Shown: piece after piece, positions 50,501 to 62,800 of the stretch
How the letters are laid out: each line of letters opens with the position of its first letter
How positions within the stretch are numbered: position 1 is the stretch's first letter
Source: Eledone cirrhosa
Taxonomy: Eukaryota
Direction of reading: 5' to 3'
NCBI GenBank assembly: GCA_964016885.1
Contig: OZ024744.1
Coordinates: forward strand, 134,850,001 to 134,914,000
DNA: 64,000 nt
Notes under the pieces: generated by a model
The model's input: only the letters and a program-made list of their open reading frames with translations
What the model was told of the DNA's origin: nothing
Databases searched by the model: none
Translations under genes and position numbers: made by a program

Positions 50501-51261
50501 ATTAAGTTGGGGTTAAGTTAAGTTGGGGTTAAGTTAAGTTGGGGTTAAGTTAAGTTGGGGATAAGTTAAGTTGGGGATAATTTAAGTTGGGGTTAAGTTA
50601 AGTTGGGTTTAAGTTAAGTTGGGGTTAAGTTAAGTTGGGGTTAAGTTAAGTTGGGGTTAAGTTAAGTTGGGGCTAAGTTAAGTTGGGGCTGAGTTAAGTT
50701 GGGGTTAATTTAAGTTGGGGTTAAGTTAAGTTGGGATTAATTTAAGTTGGGGTTTATTTAAGTTGGGGTTAAGTTAAGTTGGGGTTCAGTTAAGTTGGGG
50801 TTAAGTTAAGTTGGGGTTAAGATGGGGTTAAATTAAGTTGGGGTTAAGTTAAGTTGGGGTTAAGTTAAGTTGGGGTTAAGTTAAGTCGGGGTTAAGTTAA
50901 GTCGGGGTTAAGTTAAGTTAGGGTTCTGTTAAGTTGGGGTTAAGTTAAGTTGGGGTTGAGTTAAGTTGGGGTTGAGTTAAATTGGGGTTGAGTTAAGTTG
51001 GGGTTGAGTTAAGTTGGTGTTGAGTTAAGTTGGGGTTAAGTTAAGTTGGGGTTAAGTTAAGTTGCAGTTAAGTTAAGTTGAGGTTAAGTTAAGGTGCGGT
51101 TAAGTTAAGTTGGGGTTAAGTTAAGTTGGGGCTAAGTTAAGTTGGGGCTAAGTTAAGTTGGGGCTAAGTTAAGTCGGGGTTAAGTTAAGTTGGGGTTAAG
51201 TTAAGTTGGGGTTAAGTTAAGTTGGGGTTAAGTTAAGTTGGGGTTAAGTTAAGTTGGGGTT

Positions 51262-51461
51262 AACCCCAACTTAACTTAACCCCAACTTCACTCAACCCCA
51301 ACGTAACTCAACCCCAACTTAACTTAACCCCAACTTCACTCAACCCCAACTTAACTTAACCCCAACTTCACTCAACCCCAACTTAAGTCAACCCCAACTT
51401 AACTTAACCCCAACTTGACTTAACCCCAACTTAACTTAGCCCCAACTTAACTTAAGCCCAA
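51262..51461 (-). repeat. Inverted cassette 19, haplotype C (200 bp), with a 48-bp deletion of the right flank
   Basis: C-type body; right side reads GCCCAAAGTTGGGGGTAAG. Confidence 0.93.
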
Positions 51462-52588
51462 AGTTGGGGGTAAGTTAAGTTGGGGGTAAGTTAAGTTGGG
51501 GTTAAGTTAAGTTGCGGTTAAGTTGGGGTTAAGTTAAGTTAGGGTTAAGTTAAGTTGGCGTTGAGTTAAGTTGGGGTTAATTAAGTGGTGGTTATGTTAA
51601 GTTGGGGTTAATTTAAATTGGGGTGAAGTTAACTTTGTGGTTAAGTTAAGTAGGGGTTAAGTTAAGTTGGGGTTAAGTTGGGGTTGAGTTAAGTTGGGGT
51701 TGAGTGAAGTTGGGGTTAAGTTAAGTTGGGGTAAAGTTAAGTTGGGGTTAAGTTAAGTCGTGGTTAAGTTAAGTTGTGGTTGAGTTAAGTTGGGGTTAAT
51801 TTAAGTTGGGGCTAAGTTAATTTGTGGTTAAGTTAAGTTGCAGTTAAGTTAAGTTGAGGTTAAGTTAAGTTGGGGTTAAGTTAAGTTGGGGTTAAGTTAA
51901 GTTGGGGTTCAGTTAAGTTGGGGTTAAGTTAAGTTGGGGTTAAGATGGGGTTAAATTAAGTTGGGGTTAAGTTAATTTGGGGTTAAGTTAAGTTGGGGTT
52001 AAGTTAAGTCGGGGTTAAGTTAAGTCGGGGTTAAGTTAAGTCGGGGTTAAGTTAAGTTAGGGTTCAGTTAAGTTGGGGTTAAGTTAAGTTGGGGTTGAGT
52101 TAAGTTGGGGTTGAGTTAAATTGGGGTTGAGTTAAGTTGGGGTTGAGTTAAGTTGGTGTTGAGTTAAGTTGGGGTTAAGTTAAGGTGGGGTTAAGTTAAG
52201 TTGCAGTTAAGTTAAGTTGAGGTTAAGTTAAGGTGCGGTTAAATTAAGTTGGGGTTAAGTTAAGTTGGGGCTAAGTTAAGTTGGGGCTAAGTTAAGTTGG
52301 GGCTAAGTTAAGTTGGGGTTACGTTACGTTGGGGTTAAGTTAAGTTGGGGTTAATTTAAGTTGGGGTTAAGTTAAGTGGGGTTAAGTTAAGTTGGGGTTA
52401 AGTTAAGTTGGGGTTAAGTTAAGTTGGGTTTAAGTTAAGTTGGGGTTAAGTTAAGTTGGGGTCAAGTTAAGTTGGGGTTAAGTTAAGTTGGTTAGTTAAG
52501 TTGAGTTTAAGTTAAGTTGGGGTTAATTTAAGTTGGGGTTAAGTTAAGTTGGGGTTAAGTTAAGTTGGGGTTAAGTTAAGTTGGGGTT

Positions 52589-52799
52589 AACCCCAACTTA
52601 ACTTAACCCCAACTTAACTTAACCCCAACTTCACTCAACCCCAACGTAACTCAACCCCAACTTAACTTAACCCAACTTCACTCAACCCCAACTTAACTTA
52701 ACCCCAACTTCACTCAACCCCAACTTAAGTCAACCCCAACTTAACTTAACCCCAACTTGACTTAACCCCAACTTAAGCCCCAACTTAACTTAAGCCCAA
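52589..52799 (-). repeat. Inverted cassette 20, haplotype D (211 bp)
   Basis: As cassette 15. Confidence 0.95.
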
Positions 52800-55700
52800 A
52801 GTCGGGGTTAATTTAAGTTGGCGTTAAGTTAAGTTAGGCTTAACTTAAGTTGGGGGTAAGTTAAGTTGGGGGTAAGTTAAGTTGGGGTTAAGTTAAGTTG
52901 CGGTTAAGTTGGGGTTAAGTTAAGTTAGGGTTAAGTTAAGTTGGCGTTGAGTTAAGTTGGGGTTAATTAAGTGGTGGTTATGTTAAGTTGGGGTTAATTT
53001 AAATTGGGGTGAAGTTAACTTTGTGGTTAAGTTAAGTTGGGGTTAAGTTGGGGTTGAGTTAAGTTGGGGTTGAGTGAAGTTGGGGTTAAGTTAAGTTGGG
53101 GTAAAGTTAAGTTGGGGTTAAGTTAAGTCGGGGTTAAGTTAAGTTGTGGTTGAGTTAAGTTGGGGTTAATTTAAGTTGGGGCTAAGTTAATTTGTGGTTA
53201 AGTTAAGTTGGGGTTAAGTTAAGTTGGGGTTAAGTTAAGTTGGGGTTAAGTTAAGTTGCAGTTAAGTTAAGTTGAGGTTAAGTTAAGTTGGGGTTAAATT
53301 AAGTTGGGGTTAAGTTAAGTTGGGGCTAAGTTAAGTTGGGGTTAAGTTAAGTTGGGGTTAAGTTAAGTTGGGGTTAAGTTAAGTTGGGGTTAAGTTAAGT
53401 TGGGGCTAAGTTAAGTTGGGGCTGAGTTAAGTTGGGGCTGAGTTAAGTTGGGGTTAAGTTAAGTTGGGGTTGAGTTAAGTTGGGGTTAAGTTAAGTTGGG
53501 GTTAAGTTAAGTTGGGGTTAAGTTAAGTTGGGGTTAAGTTAAGTTGGGGTTAAGTTAAGTTGTGGTTAAGTTAAGTCGGGGTTAAGTTAAGTTGGGGTTA
53601 AGTTAAGTTGGGGTTAATTTAAGTTGGGGTTAAGTTAAGTTGGGGTTAAGTTAAGTTGGGGTTAAGTTAAGTTGGGGTTAAGTTAAATTGGGGATAATTT
53701 AAGTTGGGGTTAAGTTAAGTTTGGGTTTCAGTTAAGTTGGGGTTAAGTTAAGTTGGGGTTAAGTTAAGTTGGTTAGTTAAGTTGAGTTTAAGTTAAGTTG
53801 GGGTTAATTTAAATTGGGGTTAACTTAAGCTGGGGTTAAGTTAAGTTGGGGTTAAGTTAAGTTGGGGTTAATTTAAGTTGGGGTTAAGTTAAGTTTCGGG
53901 TAATTTAAGTTGGGGTTAAGTTAAGTTGGGGTTAAGTTAAGTTGGGGTTAAGTTAAGTTGGGGTTAAGTTAAGTTGGGGTTAAGTTAAGTTGGGGCTAAT
54001 TTAAGTTGGGGCTGAGTTAAGTTGGGGTTGAGTTAAGTTGGGGTTGAGTGAAGTTGGGGTTAAGTTAAGTTGGGGTAAAGTTAAGTTGGGGTTAAGTTAA
54101 GTCGGGGTTAAGTTAAGTTGTGGTTGAGTTAAGTTGGGGTTAATTTAAGTTGGGGCTAAGTTAATTTGTGGTTAAGTTAAGTTGGGGTTAATTTAAGTTG
54201 GGGTTAAGTTAAGTTGCAGTTAAGTTAAGTTGAGGTTAAGTTAAGTTGGGGTTAAGTTAAGTTGGGGTTAAGTTAAGTTGGGGCTAAGTTAAGTTGGGGT
54301 TAAGTTAAGTTGGGGTTAAGTTAAGTTGGGGTTAATTTAAGTTGGGGTTAAGTTAAGTTGGGGTTAAGTTAAGTTGGTGTTAAATTAAGTTGGGGCTAAG
54401 TTAAGTTGGGGCTGAGTTAAGTTGGGGCTGAGTTAAGTTGGGGTTAAGTTAAGTTGGGGTTGAGTTAAGTTGGGGTTAAGTTAAGTTGGGGTCAAGTTAA
54501 GTTGGGGTTAAGTTGGGGTTAAGTTAAGTTAGGTTTAAGTTTAGTTGGGGTTAAGTTAAGTTGGGGTTAAGTTAAGTTGGGGTTAAGTTAAGTTGGGGTT
54601 AAGTTAAGTTGGGGTTAAGTTAATTTGTGGTTAAGTTAAGTTGGGGTTAAGTTAAGTTGGGGTTAAGTTAAGTTGGGGTTAAGTTAAGTCGGGGTTAAGT
54701 TAAGTTGGGGTTAAGTTAAGTTGGGGTTAATTTAAGTTGGGGTTAAGTTAAGTTGGGGTTAAGTTAAGTTGGGGTTAAGTTAAGTTGGGGTTAAGTTAAG
54801 TTGGGGATAATTTAAGTTGGGGTTAAGTTAAGTTTGGGTTTAAGTTAAGTTGGGGTTAAGTTAAGTTGGGGTTAAGTTAAGTTGGGGTTAAGTTAAGTTG
54901 GTTAGTTAAGTTGAGTTTAAGTTAAGTTGGGGTTAATTTAAGTTGGGGTTAAGTTAATTTGGGGTTAAGTTAAGTTGGGGTTAAGTTAAGTTGGGGTTAA
55001 GTTAAGTCGGGGTTAATTTAAGTCGGGGTTAAGTTAAGTTAGCGTTCAGTTAAGTTGGGGTTAAGTTAAGTTGGGGTTGAGTTAAGTTGGGGTTGAGTTA
55101 AGTTGGGGTTGAGTTAATTTGGGGTTAAGTTGGGGTTAAGTTAAGTTGGGTTTAAGTTAAGTTGGGGTTAAATTAAGTTGGGGTTAAATTAAGTTGGGGT
55201 TAAGTTAAGTTGGGGATAAGTTAAGTTGGGGGCAAGTTAAGTTGGGGTTAATTTAAGTTGGGGTTCAATTAAGTTGGGGTTACGTTAAGTTGGTGTTAAG
55301 TTAAGTTGGGGTTAATTTAAGTTGGGGTTAATTAAGTTGGGGTTAAGTTAAGTTGGGGTTAAGTTAAGTTGGGGTTAATTTAAGTTGGGGTTGAGTTAAG
55401 TTGGGGTTAAGTTAAGTTGGGGTTATATTAAGTTGGGGTTAAGTTAAGTTGGGGTTCAGTTAAGTTGGGGATAAGTTAAGTTGGGGTTAAGTTAAGTTGG
55501 GGTTAATTAAGTTGGGGTTAAGTTAAGTTGGGGTTAAGTTAAGTTGGGGCTAAGTTAAGTTGGGGCTGAGTTAAGTTGGGGCTGAGTTAAGTTGGGGTTA
55601 AGTTAAGTTGGGGTTGAGTTAAGTTGGGGTTAAGTTAAGTTGGGGTCAAGTTAAGTTGGGGTTAAGTTGGGGTTAAGTTAAGTTAGGTTTAAGTTAAGTT

Positions 55701-56789
55701 GGGGTTAAGTTAAGTTGGGGTTAAGTTAAGTTGGGGTTAAGTTAAGTTGGGGTTAAGTTAAGTTGGGGTTAAGTTAATTTGTGGTTTAGTTAAGTTGGGG
55801 TTAAGTTAAGTTGGGGTTAAGTTAAGTTGGGGTTAAGTTAAGTCGGGGTTAAGTTAAGTTGGGGTTAAGTTAAGTTGGGGTTAAGTTAAGTTGGGGTTAA
55901 GTTAAGTTGGGGTTAAGTTAAGTTGAGGTTAAGTTAAGTTGGGGTTACATTAAGTTGGGGTTAAGTTAAGTTGGGGTTAAGTTAAGTTGGGGTTAAGTTA
56001 AGTTGGGGATAAGTTAAGTTGGGGATAATTTAAGTTGGGGTTAAGTTAAGTTGGGTTTAAGTTAAGTTGGGGTTAAGTTAAGTTGGGGATATGTTAAGTT
56101 GGGGTTAAGTTAAGTTGGGGTTAAGTTAAGTTGGGGTTAAGTTAAGTTGGGGCTAAGTTAAGTTGGGGCTGAGTTAAGTTGGGGTTAATTTAAGTTGGGG
56201 TTAAGTTAAGTTGGGATTAATTTAAGTTGGGGTTTATTTAAGTTGGGGTTAAGTTAAGTTGGGGTTCAGTTAAGTTGGGGTTAAGTTAAGTTGGGGTTAA
56301 GATGGGGTTAAATTAAGTTGGGGTTAAGTTAAGTTGGGGTTAAGTTAAGTTGGGGTTAAGTTAAGTTGGGGTTAAGTTAAGTCGGGGTTAAGTTAAGTCG
56401 GGGTTAAGTTAAGTTAGGGTTCAGTTAAGTTGGGGTTAAGTTAAGTTGTGGTTGAGTTAAGTTGGGGTTGAGTTAAATTGGAGTTGAGTTAAGTTGGTGT
56501 TGAGTTAAGTTGGGGTAAAGTTAAGTTGGGGTTAAGTTAAGTTGCAGTTAAGTTAAGTTGAGGTTAAGTTAAGGTGCGGTTAAGTTAAGTTGGGGTTAAG
56601 TTAAGTTGGGGCTAAGTTAAGTTGGGGCTAAGTTAAGTTGGGGCTAAGTTAAGTTGGAGTTAAGTTACGTTGGGGTTAAGTTAAGTCGGGGTTAAGTTAA
56701 GTTGGGGTTAAGTTAAGTTGGGGTTAATTTAAGTTGGGGTTAAGTTAAGTTGGTGTTAAGTTAAGTTGGGGTTAAGTTAAGTTGGGGTT

Positions 56790-57005
56790 AACCCCAACTT
56801 AACTTAACCCCAACTTAACTTAACCCCAACTTCACTCAACCCCAACGTAAATCAACCCCAACTTAACTTAACCCCAACTTCACTCAACCCAAACTTAACT
56901 TAACCCCAACTTCACTCAACCCCAACTTAAGTCAACCCCAACTTAACTTAACCCCAACTTGACTTAACCCCAACTTAACTTAGCCCCAACTTAACTTAAG
57001 CCCAA
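56790..57005 (-). repeat. Inverted cassette 21, haplotype E (216 bp)
   Basis: Extra first monomer as in D, but without the two D deletions; private variants CGTAAATC and CCCAAAC. Confidence 0.93.
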
Positions 57006-58361
57006 AGTCGGGGTTAAGTTAAGTTGGCGTTAAGTTAAGTTAGGCTTAACTTAAGTTGGGGGTAAGTTAAGTTGGGGGTAAGTTAAGTTGGGGTTAAGTT
57101 AAGTTGCGGTTAAGTTGGGGTTAAGTTAAGTTGGGGTTAAGTTGGGGTTGAGTTAAGTTGGGGTTGAGTGAAGTTGGGGTTAAGTTAAGTTGGGGTAAAG
57201 TTAAGTTGGGGTTAAGTTAAGTCGGGGTTAAGTTAAGTTGTGGTTGAGTTAAGTTGGGGTTAATTTAAGTTGGGGCTAAGTTAATTTGTGGTTAAGTTAA
57301 GTTGGGGTTAAGTTAAGTTGGGGTTAAGTTAAGTTGGGGTTAAGTTAAGTTGGGGTTAAGTTAAGTTGGGGTTAAGTTAAGTTGGGGTTAAGTTAAGTCG
57401 GGGTTAAGTTAAGTCGGGGTTAAGTTAAGTTAGGGTTCAGTTAAGTTGGGGTTAAGTTAAGTTGGGGTTGAGTTAAGTTGGGGTTGAGTTAAATTGGGGT
57501 TGAGTTAAGTTGGGGTTGAGTTAAGTTGGTGTTGAGTGAAGTTGGGGTTAAGTTAAGTTGGGGTAAAGTTAAGTTAGGGTTAAGTTAAGTCGGGGTTAAG
57601 TTAAGTTGTGGTTGAGTTAAGTTGGGGTTAATTTAAGTTGGGGCTAAGTTAATTTGTGGTTAAGTTAAGTTGGGGTTAAGTTAAGTTGGGGTTAAGTTAA
57701 GTTGGGGTTAAGTTAAGTTGGGGTTAAGTTAAGTTGGGGTTAAGTTAAGTTGGGGTTAAGTTAAGTCGGGGTTAAGTTAAGTCGGGGTTAAGTTAAGTTA
57801 GGGTTCAGTTAAGTTGGGGTTAAGTTAAGTTGGGGTTGAGTTAAGTTGGGGTTGAGTTAAATTGGGGTTGAGTTAAGTTGGGGTTGAGTTAAGTTGGTGT
57901 TGAGTTAAGTTGGGGTTAAGTTAAGTTGGGGTTAAGTTAAGTTGCAGTTAAGTTAAGTTGAGGTTAAGTTAAGGTGCGGTTAAGTTAAGTTGGGGTTAAG
58001 TTAAGTTGGGGCTAAGTTAAGTTGGGGCTAAGTTAAGTTGGGGCTAAGTTAAGTTGGGGTTAAGTTACGTTGGGGTTAAGTTAAGTCGGGGTTAAGTTAA
58101 GTTGGGGTTAAGTTAAGTTGGGGTTAATTTAAGTTGGGGTTAAGTTAAGTGGGGTTAAGTTAAGTTGGGGTTAAGTTAAGTTGGGGTTAAGTTAAGTTGG
58201 GTTTAAGTTACGTTGGGGTTAAGTTAAGTTGGGGTCAAGTTAAGTTGGGGTTAAGTTAAGTTGGTTAGTTAAGTTGAGTTTAAGTTAAGTTGGGGTTAAT
58301 TTAAGTTGGGGTTAAGTTAAGTTGGGGTTAAGTTAAGTTGGGGTTAAGTTAAGTTGGGGTT

Positions 58362-58572
58362 AACCCCAACTTAACTTAACCCCAACTTAACTTAACCCCA
58401 ACGTAACTCAACCCCAACGTAACTCAACCCCAACTTAACTTAACCCAACTTCACTCAACCCCAACTTAACTTAACCCCAACTTCACTCAACCCCAACTTA
58501 AGTCAACCCCAACTTAACTTAACCCCAACTTGACTTAACCCCAACTTAAGCCCCAACTTAACTTAAGCCCAA
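58362..58572 (-). repeat. Inverted cassette 22, haplotype D' (211 bp)
   Basis: D marks; two consecutive CAACGTAACTC units. Confidence 0.93.
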
Positions 58573-59667
58573 AGTCGGGGTTAAGTTAAGTTGGCGTTAA
58601 GTTAAGTTAGGCTTAACTTAAGTTGGGGGTAAGTTAAGTTGGGGGTAAGTTAAGTTGGGGTTAAGTTAAGTTGCGGTTAAGTTGGGGTTAAGTTAAGTTA
58701 GGGTTAAGTTAAGTTGGCGTTGAGTTAAGTTGGGGTTAATTAAGTGGTGGTTATGTTAAGTTGGGGTTAATTTAAATTGGGGTGAAGTTAACTTTGTGGT
58801 TAAGTTAAGTTGGGGTTAAGTTAAGTTGGGGTTAAGTTGGGGTTGAGTTAAGTTGGGGTTGAGTGAAGTTGGGGTTAAGTTAAGTTGGGGTAAAGTTAAG
58901 TTGGGGTTAAGTTAAGTCGGGGTTAAGTTAAGTTGTGGTTGAGTTAAGTTGGGGTTAATTTAAGTTGGGGCTAAGTTAATTTGTGGTTAAGTTAAGTTGG
59001 GGTTAAGTTAAGTTGGGGTTAAGTTAAGTTGGGGTTAAGTTAAGTTGCAGTTAAGTTAAGTTGAGGTTAAGTTAAGTTGGGGTTAAGTTAAGTTGGGGTT
59101 AAGTTAAGTTGAGGTTCAGTTAAGTTGGGGTTAAGTTAAGTTGGGGTTAAGATGGGGTTAAGTTAAGTTGGGGTTAAGTTAAGTTGGGGTTAAGTTAAGT
59201 TGGGGTTAAGTTAAGTCGGGGTTAAGTTAAGTTGGGGTTAAGTTAAGTTGCAGTTAAGTTAAGTTGAGGTTAAGTTAAGGTGCGGTTAAGTTAAGTTGGG
59301 GTTAAGTTAAGTTGGGGCTAAGTTAAGTTGGGGCTAAGTTAAGTTGGGGCTAAGTTAAGTTGGGGTTAAGTTACGTTGGGGTTAAGTTAAGTCGGGGTTA
59401 ATTTAAGTTGGGGTTAAGTTAAGTTGGGGTTAATTTAAGTTGGGGTTAAGTTAAGTGGGGTTAAGTTAAGTTGGGGTTAAGTTAAGTTGGGGTTAAGTTA
59501 AGTTGGGTTTAAGTTAAGTTGGGGTTAAGTTAAGTTGGGGTCAAGTTAAGTTGGGGTTAAGTTATGTTGGTTAGTTAAGTTGAGTTTAAGTTAAGTTGGG
59601 GTTAATTTAAGTTGGGGTTAAGTTAAGTTGGGGTTAAGTTAAGTTGGGTTTAAGTTAAGTTGGGGTT

Positions 59668-59878
59668 AACCCCAACTTAACTTAACCCCAACTTAACTTA
59701 ACCCCAACGTAACTCAACCCCAAAGTAACTCAACCCCAACTTAACTTAACCCAACTTCACTCAACCCCAACTTAACTTAACCCCAACTTCACTCAACCCC
59801 AACTTAAGTCAACCCCAACTTAACTTAACCCCAACTTGACTTAACCCCAACTTAAGCCCCAACTTAACTTAAGCCCAA
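59668..59878 (-). repeat. Inverted cassette 23, haplotype D' (211 bp)
   Basis: As cassette 22, with the second unit reading CAAAGTAACTC. Confidence 0.93.
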
Positions 59879-62800
59879 AGTCGGGGTTAAGTTAAGTTGG
59901 CGTTAAGTTAAGTTAGGCTTAACTTAAGTTGGGGGTAAGTTAAGTTGGGGGTAAGTTAAGTTGGGGTTAAGTTAAGTTGCGGTTAAGTTGGGGTTAAGTT
60001 AAGTTAGGGTTAAGTTAAGTTGGCGTTGAGTTAAGTTGGGGTTAATTAAGTGGTGGTTATGTTAAGTTGGGGTTAATTTAAATTGGGGTGAAGTTAACTT
60101 TGTGGTTAAGTTAAGTTGGGGTTAAGTTAAGTTGGGGTTAAGTTGGGGTTGAGTTAAGTTGGGGTTGAGTGAAGTTGGGGTTAAGTTAAGTTGGGGTAAA
60201 GTTAAGTTGGGGTTAAGTTAAGTCGGGGTTAAGTTAAGTTGTGGTTGAGTTAAGTTGGGGTTAATTTAAGTTGGGGCTAAGTTAATTTGTGGTTAAGTTA
60301 AGTTGGGGTTAAGTTAAGTTGGGGTTAAGTTAAGTTGGGTTGAAGTTAAGTTACAGTTAAGTTAAGTTGAGGTTAAGTTAAGTTGGGGTTAAGTTAAGTT
60401 GGGGTTAAGTTAAGTTGGGGCTGAGTTAAGTTGGGGCTAAGTTAAGTTGGGGCTAAGTTAAGTTGGGGTTAAGTTAAGTTGGGGTTAAGTTAAGTTGGGG
60501 TTAAGTTAAGTTGGGGTTAAGTTAAGTTGGTGTTAAGTTAAGTTGGGGCTAAGTTAAGTTGGGGCTGAGTTAAGTTGGGGCTGAGTTAAGTTGGGGTTAA
60601 GTTAAGTTGGGGTTAAGTTAAGTCGTGGTTAAGTTAAGTTGGGGTTAAGTTAAGTTGGGGTTAATTTAAGTTGGGGTTGAGTTAAGTTGGTGTTGAGTTA
60701 AGCTGGGGTTAAGTTAAGTTGGGGTTAAGTTAAGTTGCAGTTAAGTTAAGTTGAGGTTAAGTTAAGGTGCGGTTAAGTTAAGGTGGGGTTAAGTTAAGTT
60801 GGGGCTAAGTTAAGTTGGGGCTAAGTTACGTTGGGGTTAAGTTAAGTTGGGGTTAAGTTAAGTCGGGGTTAAGTTAAGTTGGGGTTAAGTTAAGTTGGGG
60901 TTAATTTAAGTTGGGGTTAAGTTAAGTTGGGGTTAAGTTAAGTTGGGGTTAAGTTAAGTTGGGGTTAAGTTAAGTCGGGGTTAATTTAAGTCGGGGTTAA
61001 GTTAAGTTAGGGTTCAGTTAAGTTGGGGTTAAGTTAAGTTGGGGTTGAGTTAAGTTGGGGTTGAGTTAAATTGGGGTTGAGTTAAGTTGGGGTTGAGTTA
61101 AGTTGGTGTTGAGTTAAGTTGGGGTTAAGTTAAGTTGGGGTTAAGTTAAGTTGCAGTTAAGTTAAGTTGAGGTTAAGTTAAGGTGGGGTTAAGTTAAGTC
61201 GGGGTTAAGTTAAGTTGTGGTTGAGTTAAGTTGGGGTTAATTTAAGTTGGGGCTAAGTTAATTTGTGGTTAAGTTAAGTTGGGGTTAAGTTAAGTTGGGG
61301 TTAAGTTAAGTTGGGGTTGAGTTAAGTTGGGGTTGAGTTAATTTGGGGTTAAGTTAAGTTGGGGTTAAGTTAAGTTGGGTTTAAGTTAAGTTGGGGTTAA
61401 ATTAAGTTGGGGTTAAATTAAGTTGGGGTTAAGTTAAGTTGGGGGTAAGTTAAGTTGGGGGCAAGTTAAGTTGGGGTTAATTTAAGTTGGGGTTAAATTA
61501 AGTTGGGGTTACGTTAAGTTGGTGTTAAGTTAAGTTGGGGTTAATTTAAGTTGGGGTTACTTAAGTTGGGGTTAAGTTAAGTTGGGGTTAAGTTAAGTTG
61601 GGGTTAATTTAAGTTGGGGTTGAGTTAAGTAGGGGTTAAGTTAAGTTGGGGTTATATTAAGTTGGGGTTAAGTTAAGTTGGGGTTCAGTTAAGTTGGGGA
61701 TAAGTTAAGTTGGGGTTAAGTTAAGTTGGGGTTAATTAAGTTGGGGTTAAGTTAAGTTGGGGTTAAGTTAAGTTGGGGCTAAGTTAAGTTGGGGCTGAGT
61801 TAAGTTGGGGCTGAGTTAAGTTGGGGTTAAGTTAATTTGGGGTTGAGTTAATTCGGGGTTAAGTTAAGTTGGGGTCAAGTTAAGTTGGGGTTAAGTTGGG
61901 GTTAAGTTAAGTTAGGTTTAAGTTAAGTTGGGGTTAAGTTAAGTTGGGGTTAAGTTAAGTTGGGGTTAAGTTAAGTTGGGGTTAAGTTAAGTTGGGGTTA
62001 AGTTAATTTGTGGTTTAGTTAAGTTGGGGTTAAGTTAAGTTGGGGTTAATTAAGTGGTGGTTATGTTAAGTTGGGGTTAAGTTAAGTTGGGGTTAATTTA
62101 AATTGGGGTTAAGTTAACTTTGTGGTTAAGTTAAGTTGGGGTTAAGTTAAGTTGGGGTAAAGTTGGGGTTGAGTTAAGTTGGGGTTGAGTGAAGTTGGGG
62201 TTAAGTTAAGTTGGGGTTAAGTTAAGTTGGGGTTAAGATAAGTCGGGGTTAAGTTAAGTTGTGGTTGAGTTAAGTTGGGGTTAATTTAAGTTGGGGCTAA
62301 GTTAATTTGTGGTTAAGTTAAGTTGGGGTTATGTTAAGGTGGGGTTAAGTTAAGTTGGGGTTGAGTTAAGTTGGGGCTGAGTTAATTTGGGTTTAAGTTA
62401 AGTTGGGGTTAAGTTAAGTTGGGTTTAAGTTAAGTTGGGGTTAAATTAAGTTGGGGTTAAATTAAGTTGGGGTTAAGTTAAGTTGGGGGTAAGTTAAGTT
62501 GGGGGCAAGTTAAGTTGGGGTTAATTTAAGTTGGGGTTAAATTAAGTTGGGGTTACGTTAAGTTGGTGTTAAGTTAAGTTGGGGTTAATTTAAGTTGGGG
62601 TTAATTAAGTTGGGGTTAAGTTAAGTTGGGGTTAAGTTAAGTTGGGGTTAATTTAAGTTGGGGTTGAGTTAAGTTGGGGTTAAGTTAAGTTGGGGTTATA
62701 TTAAGTTGGGGTTAAGTTAAGTTGGGTTTAAGTTAAGTTGGGGTTAAATTAAGTTGGGGTTAAATTAAGTTGGGGTTAAGTTAAGTTGGGGGTAAGTTAA

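Larger units (their letters stand above)
32200..50700 (+). repeat. Cassette-free ~1417-bp higher-order unit, present in several copies within this span
   Basis: Marker GGGGCTTAATTAAG at 33004, 34421, 39620, 47013, 48431, 48686 and 50098; adjacent spacings include 1417, 1418 and 1412. It co-occurs with TTGGAGTTAAATTAAG. Confidence 0.8.

Noticed and set aside
698-59878. Strand switches as chimeric or fold-back read artifacts
   Set aside because: Artifacts would have variable breakpoints and mirror the adjacent upstream sequence. These have fixed junctions, their own variants and position-structured haplotypes. Read-level confirmation is still advisable.
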